Below are positions 16,862 to 26,354 of a stretch of DNA of 36,091 nucleotides, one piece after another. This DNA is from Dehalococcoidia bacterium (GTDB lineage: Bacteria; Chloroflexota; Dehalococcoidia; DSTF01; JACRBR01), in contig JBGQBE010000030.1 in the NCBI GenBank assembly GCA_041494685.1, positions 1 through 36,091 on the forward strand, written 5' to 3'. A program made the position numbers and the translations under genes. Position 1 is the stretch's first letter; each line of letters begins with the position of its first letter. The notes below the pieces were generated by a model. The model searched no databases. It was given only the letters and a program-made list of their open reading frames with translations, and was not told the DNA's origin.

Positions 16862-18109
16862 CTAGATCCGGTAGCCGTCGATGATACGTCGCGCAGCCGC
16901 CAGGCCAAGCACCTCGTTGGCGCCGTCCTCGATCATCGACGCTCTGGCATCGCGGAACAGCTTCTCCACGTGGAACTCCTGGCTGAGCCCGTAGCCGCCG
17001 TGCAGCTGGATGGCGTCGCTCGCGACCTCGAACGCTGTCTGCGTGCTCTGCACTTTCGCCGCAATCGAGTACTCCGTCGCCGGCGGCACCGTCGTCCTGT
17101 TGTAGATCGACGCCGCACGCGACAGCGCCCGCGCCGCCTCGACCTTCCTGAACATCTGGAAGAGCCTGTCCTGCACCAACTGGTGTTCGCAGATCCGCTT
17201 GCCGCCCTGCTTGCGCTGCCGCGTGTACGCAAGCGCCTCCTCGAACGCCGCTCTCGCCAGCCCCGTAAACGTCGTACTCATCCCCGCGTTCGCCCCCGCG
17301 AGGATGCCGTCGATGATCGCCGGATACGCCTCCGGCTCGACGAGCATGTAGTGCTTTGGGATGCGGACGTTGTCGAAGAAAATCTCGCCCTGATTCAGGT
17401 CTCGCTGGCCCAGCTTGCGCAGGGGCGGGCTCTTCGTCACGCCCGGAAGGTCCAGGGGGATCACTGCCACGCCGCCGCCGTCCATGCCGCGGGACGGATC
17501 GATCGTCAGGAACGTGCAGGCGTGCGTCGCGATCGTGCCGTTCGACACCCACGCCGACTTCTGTCCGCTGATGATCCAGTCGTCGCCGTCACGCCGCGCC
17601 TGCACCTGGAACGTGATATCGGCGTCCCGGAACTGCTCCGTCCCAAAGAGGAGGGTGTCCGAGCCATGCTCGGGCTCCGTGATCGCCCAGCAGCCGATGT
17701 ACTTCCCCTCGCGGTCGTTCACGTACGGCATCACGATCTCGTCCATCAGATCCTTGTTGCCGGTCATTGCCGCGTATTGTGCGGCGAACGAGAACGGGAA
17801 TGCCGTAACGCCCATGGCGATTGACAGCCCGGCGGACGCCCAGCCCATCTCCTCCCCAACGACGTGCTGTTCGAGCGGGCCCAGTCCGGCGCCACCGAGC
17901 CGTTCGGGGAACCCGCGCAGGTGATAGCCCTGCTGATACGCCTGGCGGAACACGTCCCAGAGCCGCGACCCCGGCGCGATCACCTCGTCGGCGGTGAGCT
18001 TGTCCAGTTCGAGCGCGGCTGGCCGGATGACCTCCGCCGCGAACCGGTGCGTCTGGTCCCGGAGCGCCTGCTGCTCGGGCGTGAGTGCCTTGTTCAGTTC
18101 CAGGTACAT
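16862..18109 (-). CDS. Acyl-CoA dehydrogenase
   Basis: CWAITEPEHGSD, ISGQKSAWVSNG, EIFFDNVRIP, RKQGGK, IQLHGGYG and KLFRDARASMIEDGANE motifs. Confidence 0.93.
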   Translation of the reverse strand: MYLELNKALTPEQQALRDQTHRFAAEVIRPAALELDKLTADEVIAPGSRLWDVFRQAYQQGYHLRGFPERLGGAGLGPLEQHVVGEEMGWASAGLSIAMGVTAFPFSFAAQYAAMTGNKDLMDEIVMPYVNDREGKYIGCWAITEPEHGSDTLLFGTEQFRDADITFQVQARRDGDDWIISGQKSAWVSNGTIATHACTFLTIDPSRGMDGGGVAVIPLDLPGVTKSPPLRKLGQRDLNQGEIFFDNVRIPKHYMLVEPEAYPAIIDGILAGANAGMSTTFTGLARAAFEEALAYTRQRKQGGKRICEHQLVQDRLFQMFRKVEAARALSRAASIYNRTTVPPATEYSIAAKVQSTQTAFEVASDAIQLHGGYGLSQEFHVEKLFRDARASMIEDGANEVLGLAAARRIIDGYRI

Positions 18110-18359
18110 GAATCGACTCCCTCCCGCTCTTCAGGACGCGCACGGCCCGTCGCCGGCCGCGCCGAGGATTGTCCTCCGATCAACGCAGCTTTTCGGACCG
18201 CCGTCAGGGGCCGAACGGCCTTTCTCGTCTTGCGCGGTGCACGGCGGCACCGGGGATCAGCCGCTCCCGCGGCGCGGGCTCGCCCGAATACGGGCCAGAA
18301 GGCCGTAGCGGGCACGCCGACGCCCCTGCCAAGATGCCGACGAGGATGGGCACGTATCG

Positions 18360-19490
18360 ATGACCGGCGACTCGATCCCTGCGAGCCCCGACCAGCTCAC
18401 GGACGCGTGGCTCACGTCCAGGCTCCGCGCAGACGGTGCTGTCGAGCGGGCGCGCGTCACACGGCACACCACCGAGCTGCTGGAACTCCAGGGCGCGGCC
18501 GCGGTCGTCGCGCGGATCGCGCTCGACTACGACCTCGCGGAGCCGGGGGCGCCCCCTTCGCTCGTGGCGAAGTTCGCCTCTCCGCACGAGCCGATCCGCG
18601 CGCTCATGCGGATGATGGGCGGCTACGCCCACGAGGTCGAGTTCTACCGTCACTTCGGAGACGACCCCGGGATCCCGACCCCCCACTGCTTCCACGCCGA
18701 CATCGATCCCGACTCCGGCGTCTTCGTGCTGCTGCTCGAGGACATGAGCGACTCCCGGACGTCGGACGCCCACATACCGTCGGTCGAGGACATCGAGGCG
18801 GCGGTGCGGTACCTCGCGCCCTTCCACGCGAAGTGGTGGAACCACCGCCGGCTCCGTGAACTGGACTTCCTGCACTATCCCGGCAGCCCCGCCCACGAGG
18901 CCTTCATGGCGCAGGCGCGGGGCGCGCTCGCGGCGGCGCTGCCTGCTGCGCGCGAGCGGTTCGGAAGCAGCCTGCCGCCGGCGCTCGTCACCGTGGCGGA
19001 GCAACTGCTGGCCAACTTCGACGCGCTCTGGGATCTACGGCAACAGGGCCTCCGCGACGGCGTCACGATCGTCCACGGCGACTTCCACCCCGGCCAGATC
19101 TTCTTCCCCTCGGACCGGGGCGGCCGGTTCGCCGTCTTCGACTGGCAGACCGTCAGCGCCGGCAGCGGTGGCGACGACCTGGCGCGCATCATCGCGACCG
19201 GGCTGACCGCCGAGCAGCAGGCGGCAGACGACGCGCGGCTGATCGCGCTCTACCACTCGATCCTGGTCGAGCACGGCGTCACGGATTACGACATCGAGCG
19301 GTGCCGGCTGGACTTCCGGGCCGGGCTGCTCACCACCGTCGTCATCAACATCATCGCCGGGGCGAGCATCGCTCCGGAGTTCATCGAGGAGTACGCGGGG
19401 CCCGCCGAGATCGACATGGTCGAGGCGATGTTCGGGCGCCTCGCCGCCGCTGTCGAATCCCACGATGTGCTGGGCGTCGTCCCAACCTGA
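18360..19490 (+). CDS. APH/choline-kinase superfamily phosphotransferase (ecdysteroid-kinase-like)
   Basis: SLVAKF, EVEFYR, LLLED, FHAKWW, TIVHGDFHPGQIFF and FDWQ motifs. Confidence 0.88.
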   Translation: MTGDSIPASPDQLTDAWLTSRLRADGAVERARVTRHTTELLELQGAAAVVARIALDYDLAEPGAPPSLVAKFASPHEPIRALMRMMGGYAHEVEFYRHFGDDPGIPTPHCFHADIDPDSGVFVLLLEDMSDSRTSDAHIPSVEDIEAAVRYLAPFHAKWWNHRRLRELDFLHYPGSPAHEAFMAQARGALAAALPAARERFGSSLPPALVTVAEQLLANFDALWDLRQQGLRDGVTIVHGDFHPGQIFFPSDRGGRFAVFDWQTVSAGSGGDDLARIIATGLTAEQQAADDARLIALYHSILVEHGVTDYDIERCRLDFRAGLLTTVVINIIAGASIAPEFIEEYAGPAEIDMVEAMFGRLAAAVESHDVLGVVPT

Positions 19491-19520
19491 ACGTTCCCCC
19501 GGATCGGGCCATGCGGCACC

Positions 19521-19826
19521 TTGCCGCGCGTGCCCCTCGCGCCGCAGCATGTCGAAGCGATGAAGGCATCCGCCGCGACGCTCCTGGCGCTGCGAGAGTT
19601 CGCCGACCCCTCCTGCAGACGCTGCCGGGGCCGCGGCGCCACGGGCGACGACCTCGTCGCGACCCTCTGCGGTTGCGTCCGACGCCGTGTCCACGACGAC
19701 GAGCAGGCTGCGAGCGGCGATCCCGTTGATGACGCGCTCCCGCATCCCTGGGGCGTGATTACGCGCCGTGCCCAGCAGATCCACGCCGCACTGCTGCTCC
19801 AGGCTCTCCCCGACACTTGGAGTTGA
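19521..19826 (+). CDS. Small hypothetical protein with a CxxCxGxG...CxC motif
   Basis: GC-rich third codon positions; ADPSCRRCRGRG-x9-CGCV; fills the gap between two plus-strand genes. Start uncertain. Confidence 0.55.
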   Translation: MPRVPLAPQHVEAMKASAATLLALREFADPSCRRCRGRGATGDDLVATLCGCVRRRVHDDEQAASGDPVDDALPHPWGVITRRAQQIHAALLLQALPDTWS

Positions 19827-19911
19827 TCCGTCTCCGCCCGTGATACAGTGGCCCGAATTGCACGATGGCCCGACGTCCGTCGGCACGATGATCGAAAGCA
19901 GGTCGGCGAGG

Positions 19912-20583
19912 ATGGAGCAGGATCAGGCAGCCGGATTCTTCCGCGTGCTCTACACGACGCGCGCCCTGCGCCGCCTCAAGCCCGATCCCGTGCCCGAGGA
20001 GTTGCTGTTCCAGCTGATCGACGCCGCGATCCGCGCGCCGTCCGGCCAGAACGCCCAGGACTGGCGCTTCGTCGTCGTCACGGACCCGGCGATCAAGCTG
20101 CTGATGCAGACGGCCGCGACGGAGGCATGGGCGCGATACCAGCCGCGCTTCGCCGAGGATCCGGCGTCCATGGACGAGTTGCCGCGGACGAAGCGGCTGT
20201 CCCTCAAAGCGACGGCGCACCTCGCGCACCACGTCCGCGACGCACCCGCCGTGATCGTCGTCTGCGGTCTCAAGGCGCGGCACTCATCGCCGGGCGGCAG
20301 CGCGTTCCCGTCCGTCCAGAACCTGCTGCTGGCGGCGCGCGCCCTCGGCCTCGGCGCGTCGATCTTCCAGCTGGCGCTGTCGCCGGCGGTCGTGCGCGAG
20401 ATCGGCGTCCCCGACGAGTACCAAGTGCACTGCGCGATACCAGTCGGCTACCCCGTGGACCGTCACGGCCCCGTGCGGCGGCGCCCCGTCCGGCAGGTGA
20501 CGTTCAAGGACCGCTGGGGCGCCGCCTGGGAGTTCGCCGACGCGCAGCCGGACGACGGCCGGCAGGATCGGTGGCTGCGGTAA
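19912..20583 (+). CDS. Nitroreductase-family protein
   Basis: TTRALRRLKPDPVP, AAIRAPSGQNAQDWRFVVV, QNLLLAARALGLG and IPVGYP motifs; extended -10 TGA-TACAGT at 19841-19849. Start 19912 or 19888. Confidence 0.9.
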   Translation: MEQDQAAGFFRVLYTTRALRRLKPDPVPEELLFQLIDAAIRAPSGQNAQDWRFVVVTDPAIKLLMQTAATEAWARYQPRFAEDPASMDELPRTKRLSLKATAHLAHHVRDAPAVIVVCGLKARHSSPGGSAFPSVQNLLLAARALGLGASIFQLALSPAVVREIGVPDEYQVHCAIPVGYPVDRHGPVRRRPVRQVTFKDRWGAAWEFADAQPDDGRQDRWLR

Positions 20584-20715
20584 CGGTGGCGGGTGGGGCG
20601 AGAACACCGGCCCCGTGAGAGCCGCCCTCGCTAAGAGGCCGCGGCGGGCGGCGCTGGCGACAACGCGAGCCGCGAGCGTGACCAGCCGGTCAGGCTGCGG
20701 CCTGGCGGAGATCCC

Positions 20716-21540
20716 TCAAACGGGGATCGCGCGCCCGGTTCTGAGGCGGTAGCCAAGCATCGCCAACACGGCGACGATCGTCCAGGCGACCACGACACGG
20801 GTCGCCAGTCTGTTGACGTCGGATGTCCCGATCGTCGTTGGGTCGCTGGTCAGGGCCAGGCTGCAGATAGCAAACACGACGACGGTTGAGGCAGCGACCA
20901 GATCGACGAACACATGGCGACGAAACGGTTCCATCGACCGCGTGGCTCGTCCAGCAAGCCAGCGAAACGAAACGGCGGCGAGGGCGAAGACGACCAGCAT
21001 GGACGCATACCCGACAGGCGTCCCGTGCGGGATCTTTCCGCTCACCTGGAACAAACCAATGACGATGACGTTTGTCCCCAGCGCGAGAAGCCAGCCCCTC
21101 CGGTGCATGGGAGGCGACTGCGAATTGCGCGGCCGGATGCGATTGGCAAGGTAGAACGTCAGCACCGACTGGATTCCTCCCCACCAGAACAGGATGACGA
21201 ACAGCGAATGGCTCCAGCGAATGCCCAGGAGCGTCGGGTGCTGGAAGGCGGTGCCAGATACGAGGCACTGGTAGACCATGCCATAGGTGAAGGCCAGCGC
21301 GACGAGATGGTAATCCTTGAGTCTGAATCGCCTGATCAGATCCTCTTCCATCGCGAAGAGGCTTGCGTATGCTGCGATCAGGAAGACGGGGAAGACCGGC
21401 CGTTCGACAAAATGGTTGACCCCGCGCATCGAATACTCGAACAACAGGTTGAAGGCGGTCGCCACGATCACGATGTCGCGACTGGTGTGCCGTGCGCCCG
21501 CGTAATTCTTCGCGTGGACTGGCGATCGAGCGAAGCTCAA
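20716..21540 (-). CDS. Multi-pass membrane protein of unknown function
   Basis: TTG 21540 lies 7 nt after AAGGAGG; -10 TAGAAT at 21593-21588; about 7-8 hydrophobic segments. Confidence 0.72.
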   Translation of the reverse strand: MSFARSPVHAKNYAGARHTSRDIVIVATAFNLLFEYSMRGVNHFVERPVFPVFLIAAYASLFAMEEDLIRRFRLKDYHLVALAFTYGMVYQCLVSGTAFQHPTLLGIRWSHSLFVILFWWGGIQSVLTFYLANRIRPRNSQSPPMHRRGWLLALGTNVIVIGLFQVSGKIPHGTPVGYASMLVVFALAAVSFRWLAGRATRSMEPFRRHVFVDLVAASTVVVFAICSLALTSDPTTIGTSDVNRLATRVVVAWTIVAVLAMLGYRLRTGRAIPV

Positions 21541-21756
21541 GCCCGAACCTCCTTCGGCGGCGCGGCGGACTACGTTCACCCTTCGCCATTCTACTCGCCA
21601 TACCGTCGCGCCGAGGCGTCCAGAATCCTCGTCCGACAGCCGCTCGACCGGCCTTCCTTCGACGAACTCGAAGGGCTGCAAGGTCGAAGCGTGAGAATTC
21701 ACGCCGTACCGGATTACCACGATCATTACCGCGCCCGACGGGGTACAATCGCGAAT

Positions 21757-23121
21757 ATGCAGGCAACGCTGCCCTTTGGCGAGTCAACGGTTGATGTCGA
21801 GCTTCCGGCACGGACGCGGATGATCTCGCGGAGCGGCGGCGCCGGGGCGGGCGGCGGACTGCAAGCGGTGAACGATCTCGAGGCCGCGGTGCGCGACGCG
21901 CTCGATCGTCCGCTCGGGCTGCCGCCGATCCGCAACATGGTGAAGCCGGGCGCGCGCGTCGTGATCGCCTTCGACGACCCGACCGTGACGTCGTTCGGTC
22001 CGATCCGGCGCGTGGCGATCGAGGGCGTGCTCTCGCACCTGGCGGACGCCGGCGTGCGCGAGGACGACGTGCGACTGATCTGCGCGAACGCGCTGCACCG
22101 CAAGTTCACGCGCGCCGAACTGGCGACGATCATCGGCCAGGAGCTCGTCGACCGCTTCGGCGAGCGGCTCTTCTGCCACGACGCGGAGGACGCCGAAAAC
22201 CTCGTGTACTTCGGCACGACGGAGCACGGCTACGACGTCGAGCTGAGCCGGCACGCCGCCGACGCGGATCTGTGCGTCTACATCAACGCCGGACTGCACC
22301 TGGGGTTCAGCGGCGGCTGGAAGTCGGTGGCCGTCGGGCTCTCGACGTGGCGGTCGATCCGGCACACGCACCATCCGGACGGCATGTCGATGTCCGTGCT
22401 CAACAACCGCATGCACGAAGTGCTGAACGAGATGGGCGCGCACCTCGAAGCGTCAATGGGCAGGCGCATCTACAAGATCGAATGCGTGCAGGCGAGCCCG
22501 ACGAAGATCGCGCAGGTGTGGGCCGGCGGCGTCGGCGAAACGCGCGCGGCGGCTCTCGAGGTCATGGCGTCGCGCAACCCGCCACGGCGCTCGCAGGCGG
22601 AGCCGGCGGACGTCGTCGTCTACGGCCTGCCGGCGTGGAGCCCGTACGCGATCTTCGGCACGATGAATCCGATCCTGACGCTGATCTCGTCGGGCCTCGG
22701 CTATCTCGGCGGCTACATCGAGGCGCTGGGGAAGCCCGGATGCTCCGTCGTCCTGGCGACGCCCTGCCCGGAGACCTGGGACATGGAGCATCACCCGTCG
22801 TACCGCGAGGCGTGGGATCGCGTGCTGCCGGTGACGCGCGACCCGTACGAGATCATGAGCCGATTCGGCGATGAGTTTGCGACCAACGCCGCGTACATCG
22901 AGCGCTATCGGAACGGCGTGGCGTTCCACCCGGTGCACGCCGTGCTGGCGACGCATCCGTTGCGGCGGCTGAGGCACGCGTCGCGTGTGATCGTCGCGGG
23001 CGCGGAGGACGCCGCAATACCGCGCCATGTCGGATTCGAGTACGCGGCTTCCGTCGAGGATGCGATCCGTGACGCCGGGCGCGCGCATGGCAGCGAGTGC
23101 TCGGTCGTGTGCGTGAACTGA
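21757..23121 (+). CDS. LarA (lactate racemase / DUF2088) family protein
   Basis: Start trimmed to ATG 21757 (TACAAT 7 nt upstream); ALDRPLG, VIAFDDPT, ANALHRK, CHDAED and GFSGGWKS motifs. Confidence 0.82.
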   Translation: MQATLPFGESTVDVELPARTRMISRSGGAGAGGGLQAVNDLEAAVRDALDRPLGLPPIRNMVKPGARVVIAFDDPTVTSFGPIRRVAIEGVLSHLADAGVREDDVRLICANALHRKFTRAELATIIGQELVDRFGERLFCHDAEDAENLVYFGTTEHGYDVELSRHAADADLCVYINAGLHLGFSGGWKSVAVGLSTWRSIRHTHHPDGMSMSVLNNRMHEVLNEMGAHLEASMGRRIYKIECVQASPTKIAQVWAGGVGETRAAALEVMASRNPPRRSQAEPADVVVYGLPAWSPYAIFGTMNPILTLISSGLGYLGGYIEALGKPGCSVVLATPCPETWDMEHHPSYREAWDRVLPVTRDPYEIMSRFGDEFATNAAYIERYRNGVAFHPVHAVLATHPLRRLRHASRVIVAGAEDAAIPRHVGFEYAASVEDAIRDAGRAHGSECSVVCVN

Positions 23122-23157
23122 GCCGGCGGCGTCCTTCGGATCACTCAGACGCTCGGC

Positions 23158-23673
23158 CTACTCCGCCTCGCCGCGAGGATGCACCACCAGCACGGGCGCG
23201 ACGCCCGACCGCATCACTTCCTCCGCCGTCGATCCGAGGAACACGCGCATGACCCCCGCTCGGCTGTGGCTGGCCATCACGATCATGTTCGGGTGCTCCT
23301 CGCGCGCCCGCTCGATGATCATCCGTGCGGGACGGTCCGAGATGTGCGCCTCGACGTGGATCCTGGCGCCGTCCGGGAGCCTGCTCGCCAGCGCCAACAG
23401 GTAGTCCTCCAGCTCTGAGCGGGATCTCTGGATCGCCTGATCCTTCGTCTCCGGATAACGCGGCGTCGGCGGGACGACCCGGCCCCCGGCCACGCCGTAC
23501 ATCGGCGCCCCGTTGTACGCCCGCAACTCGCCGCGGAACTGCGCGTGCACACTGGGCTCGTGCGCCACGGCGAGCAGCGTGAACTCCACGTCCGGCAGCG
23601 CGGCAAATTCCGCGAGGACGGGCAGTGTCTCCTCGCTATAGGGTGTCCCGTCGAACGTGGCAAGGATCTTCAT
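23158..23673 (-). CDS. Universal stress protein
   Basis: MKILATFDGTPYS and MIVMASHSRAG...FLGSTAEEVMRSGVAPVLVV; SD GGAGG. Confidence 0.92.
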   Translation of the reverse strand: MKILATFDGTPYSEETLPVLAEFAALPDVEFTLLAVAHEPSVHAQFRGELRAYNGAPMYGVAGGRVVPPTPRYPETKDQAIQRSRSELEDYLLALASRLPDGARIHVEAHISDRPARMIIERAREEHPNMIVMASHSRAGVMRVFLGSTAEEVMRSGVAPVLVVHPRGEAE

Positions 23674-23723
23674 GACGGTCGCCTCCCGGTTGATGTCGCG
23701 TCCCGTCTAGGCCGGACCCATCC

Positions 23724-23792
23724 ATCTTACGCCGGCTGCCACGCCGGAAATGAAGTGATGATCGGTGGCGCCTGCGCAGGCCGAATGGCTCG
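23724..23792 (-). promoter_or_regulatory. DosR/OsdR-like box pair plus -10 element upstream of the USP gene
   Basis: CAGGCCGAATGGCTCG (23777-23792), a weak AGTGATGATCGGTGGC (23754-23769), 24 nt, then minus-strand TAAGAT (23729-23724). Confidence 0.42.
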
Positions 23793-23887
23793 GTTCTCTT
23801 CGGCCGAGTCCCGACGAACGGTGCAAGCAGCGTCAACCGCTCCACCTCGCTCCTGGACTGCGAGCTCCAGCCGGTAACCTGTAACCG

Positions 23888-24553
23888 ATGAACCGGCTGC
23901 CCGCCGTCGCCCTGTACGCTATCGCCATGGCCTACGTCGAGGCCGCTGTCGTCGCGTATCTGCGCGAGATCTACGACATCCACGACCTGGTGCGTGACCT
24001 GCCGACGATGAGCGACCGCATCACCGCTATCGAGATCGGCCGCGAGGTGGCCACGATCGCGATGCTCCTGTCCGTCGGCTGGATCACCGGACGCAAGCTG
24101 CAGGACCGGCTTGGCTTCTTCGTGTTCGCGTTCGGGTTGTGGGACATCGCCTATTACGCATGGCTGGCGATCTTCACCGGCTTCCCCTCGTCGCCGCTCA
24201 GTTGGGACTTGCTGTTCTTGCTGCCCTTCCCGTGGTGGGGGCCGGTGCTGGCACCGTCCCTCATCGCCCTGGTGATGTGCATCGGCGGAGCCGCGGCCGT
24301 GCGCCAGGTCGAGCGCGGCCTACCGTGGCGGCTCAATGCGGTCAACGTCGGCGTGGCCGCGATAGGCATCGCCATCGTGCTGTACAGCTTCACGGTAGAT
24401 AGCCTCCACGCCATGCCGGACGGCCTCGACGCTGTCGCGCAGGCGCGGCCGTCGCACTTCCCGTGGGCGGTGTTCCTGCTCGGGTTTGCTGCCCTGTCAT
24501 GGGCTGGGCTGCGCGTCACATGGCCGACGCGCTCGCGCCTGCTCCGCACTTGA
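23888..24553 (+). CDS. Integral membrane protein of unknown function
   Basis: 221 aa; AMAYVEAAVVAYLR, EIGREVAT, FGLWDIAYY and WDLLFLLPFPWWGPV; leaderless-type promoter TAACCT-7nt-ATG. Confidence 0.82.
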   Translation: MNRLPAVALYAIAMAYVEAAVVAYLREIYDIHDLVRDLPTMSDRITAIEIGREVATIAMLLSVGWITGRKLQDRLGFFVFAFGLWDIAYYAWLAIFTGFPSSPLSWDLLFLLPFPWWGPVLAPSLIALVMCIGGAAAVRQVERGLPWRLNAVNVGVAAIGIAIVLYSFTVDSLHAMPDGLDAVAQARPSHFPWAVFLLGFAALSWAGLRVTWPTRSRLLRT

Positions 24554-24596
24554 CTGCCCGGACGGTGGCGCCCGCGATCCGCGCCGCGGCTACCCG

Positions 24597-26099
24597 TCAG
24601 CCGCCGGCGGACGCCGGCCCTGGAGCCGGATGCTCGTCGAGCACGAGCGGCTTGCGAGGCGCCTGGCTGAAATCGAAGTCCCGCCGCAAGTCGCCGAGCT
24701 GTGGGACATTCTCACGGATGGTCGGTCGTGAGTCAGGACGACCATCCGTCTGAGGGTCGATGCGAGCGCCGCCGAGAAAGTCGTCCTCGATGAACTTCAA
24801 GTACGCATCGAAGCTCAGCGTCTGGTGGTCGATGTAGCCCTGCTTCGCGTACGGGCTGATCACGAGGCCCGGCACGCGCAGACCGTAGCCGTTGTCGTCG
24901 ACGTGTGGTGGCGCCACGTGATCGTAGAAGCCGCCCCAGTCGTCCCAGGCGAGGAAGATTGCGGTGCTGTCCCAGTCGGGGCCCTGCATGATCGCGTTGA
25001 TGAGACCGGTCACGTACCCCTGCCCCTCGCTCACCAGCGCGGGGGGATGCTCGCTCGTCTTGCCGTTCGGCGTGATCCAGGAGACGGCGGGGAGCGTGCC
25101 GCTCTTCGCCGCATCGTAGAACTGGGACAGCTGCTGGATGTTGCCGAGCTCGCCGTCCTCGTGGACGGTGTCGAACCACGGCAGCGGGTTCCAGATGCCG
25201 GGCGTGCCAGGGTGCTGCGCCTTAGGCGTGCAGGTCGTCGCGGAGTCGTCCTCGCAGTCGGGCTCGGTGCCGTCGGCGACGTAGTATCCCCAGCTGACGT
25301 TGTTCTTGTGCAGCAGGTACGTGAGGTCGGTCCACGCATAGTCCGGGCGCTTCAGGGTCGCGCTCGCTTGCCTCGCCCGCGGAAGGAAGTCGGGCGGCAG
25401 GTCTGGCGCTTGCAAGGCGCTGACGCAGCTCATCGGGTCGTTCTCTTTGGTGCACCTGGCGGACCAACCGGAGACCATGAAGAGGTGCTCGGGCAGGCTC
25501 CACGACGCGTTCGGTTCGAACATCTTGTCTTGCAGCACGAACTGCTGCGCGTAGTGCCAGTAATTCGGGATCTCGCGCGCGTCGTGATAGCCCATGACGT
25601 CGGGCTGCTGGTCAGCGCTGCTGCACGCCGGATCGTTCGGATTGCTGCACGCCTTGCGCCCGCCACGCTCCACGCGGACGAAGCCGTCCATCTTGCCGCC
25701 GTCGATGTCGTTGGTCGCCGCAGCCTGGCCGTGCGGGCCACCGTGGTTCAGGTCACTTGCGTCGTGAAACGGTTTCACGCACTGCGAAGTAGCCGGGTCC
25801 GGCGCGCACACGGTCGGTTGCCCGTTCTGCATCGGGATGCCGTCGGCGCCGGGATAGGTTCCGAAGTAGGAGTCGAAGGAGCGGTTCTCCTGCATGATGA
25901 CAACGACGTGCTTGATCTTGTGGATGTCGCCATCGGTTGCGTCCACGGTGGCGGCGGTCGGCGAGACCGAAGCAGACGCTCCCGGCATCGCCGGCGCAGG
26001 AGTGGCCGCGGCGCCTTTGTTCCCCGCGCCGCTGCACGATGCACAGAAGAGAAGCGCCAGGGCGAGGATCGCGGTGGCGGGTAGACGGAGGCTGGCCAT
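24597..26099 (-). CDS. Exported phosphoesterase (phospholipase C / acid phosphatase AcpA family), possible lipoprotein
   Basis: Signal peptide ending [37 protein letters not shown] and [13 protein letters not shown] motifs. Confidence 0.92.
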   Translation of the reverse strand: MASLRLPATAILALALLFCASCSGAGNKGAAATPAPAMPGASASVSPTAATVDATDGDIHKIKHVVVIMQENRSFDSYFGTYPGADGIPMQNGQPTVCAPDPATSQCVKPFHDASDLNHGGPHGQAAATNDIDGGKMDGFVRVERGGRKACSNPNDPACSSADQQPDVMGYHDAREIPNYWHYAQQFVLQDKMFEPNASWSLPEHLFMVSGWSARCTKENDPMSCVSALQAPDLPPDFLPRARQASATLKRPDYAWTDLTYLLHKNNVSWGYYVADGTEPDCEDDSATTCTPKAQHPGTPGIWNPLPWFDTVHEDGELGNIQQLSQFYDAAKSGTLPAVSWITPNGKTSEHPPALVSEGQGYVTGLINAIMQGPDWDSTAIFLAWDDWGGFYDHVAPPHVDDNGYGLRVPGLVISPYAKQGYIDHQTLSFDAYLKFIEDDFLGGARIDPQTDGRPDSRPTIRENVPQLGDLRRDFDFSQAPRKPLVLDEHPAPGPASAGG

Positions 26100-26256
26100 A
26101 CGCACACTCTAGCTCGCAGCGCCGCCGGGTACGTGTGTACATGGCAATCTGTCGGTCAAACGTCGGCAAACTTGCGCCGTGGGGCGTGGCCAAACGGCCT
26201 CATGTGCCCATCACGCCGATCCATGGAGTACCGCGCGCGTCGCAGTCTCAGACTTG

Positions 26257-26300
26257 CCTGCTGATCGGCCCTAGGAGCACTTCGGCGACGCGTGTACGAT
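26257..26300 (+). promoter_or_regulatory. DosR/OsdR-like box plus -10 element upstream of the SDR gene
   Basis: CCTGCTGATCGGCCCT (26257-26272), 22 nt, then TACGAT (26295-26300). Confidence 0.45.
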
Positions 26301-26354
26301 CGCGACCGAGGCGACACGTTGCCCTCGCGGCCGTGCGGTGCAGGAGCGATGCAC

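Noticed and set aside
20914..21756. N-terminal extension making the LarA-like ORF 735 aa
   Set aside because: It overlaps the minus-strand membrane gene, and a clean TACAAT-7nt-ATG start exists at 21757.
25996..26005. GCAGGAGTGG matching the tRNA-Trp 3' region as a possible att site
   Set aside because: Only 10 bp and inside an intact coding sequence, so compatible with chance.
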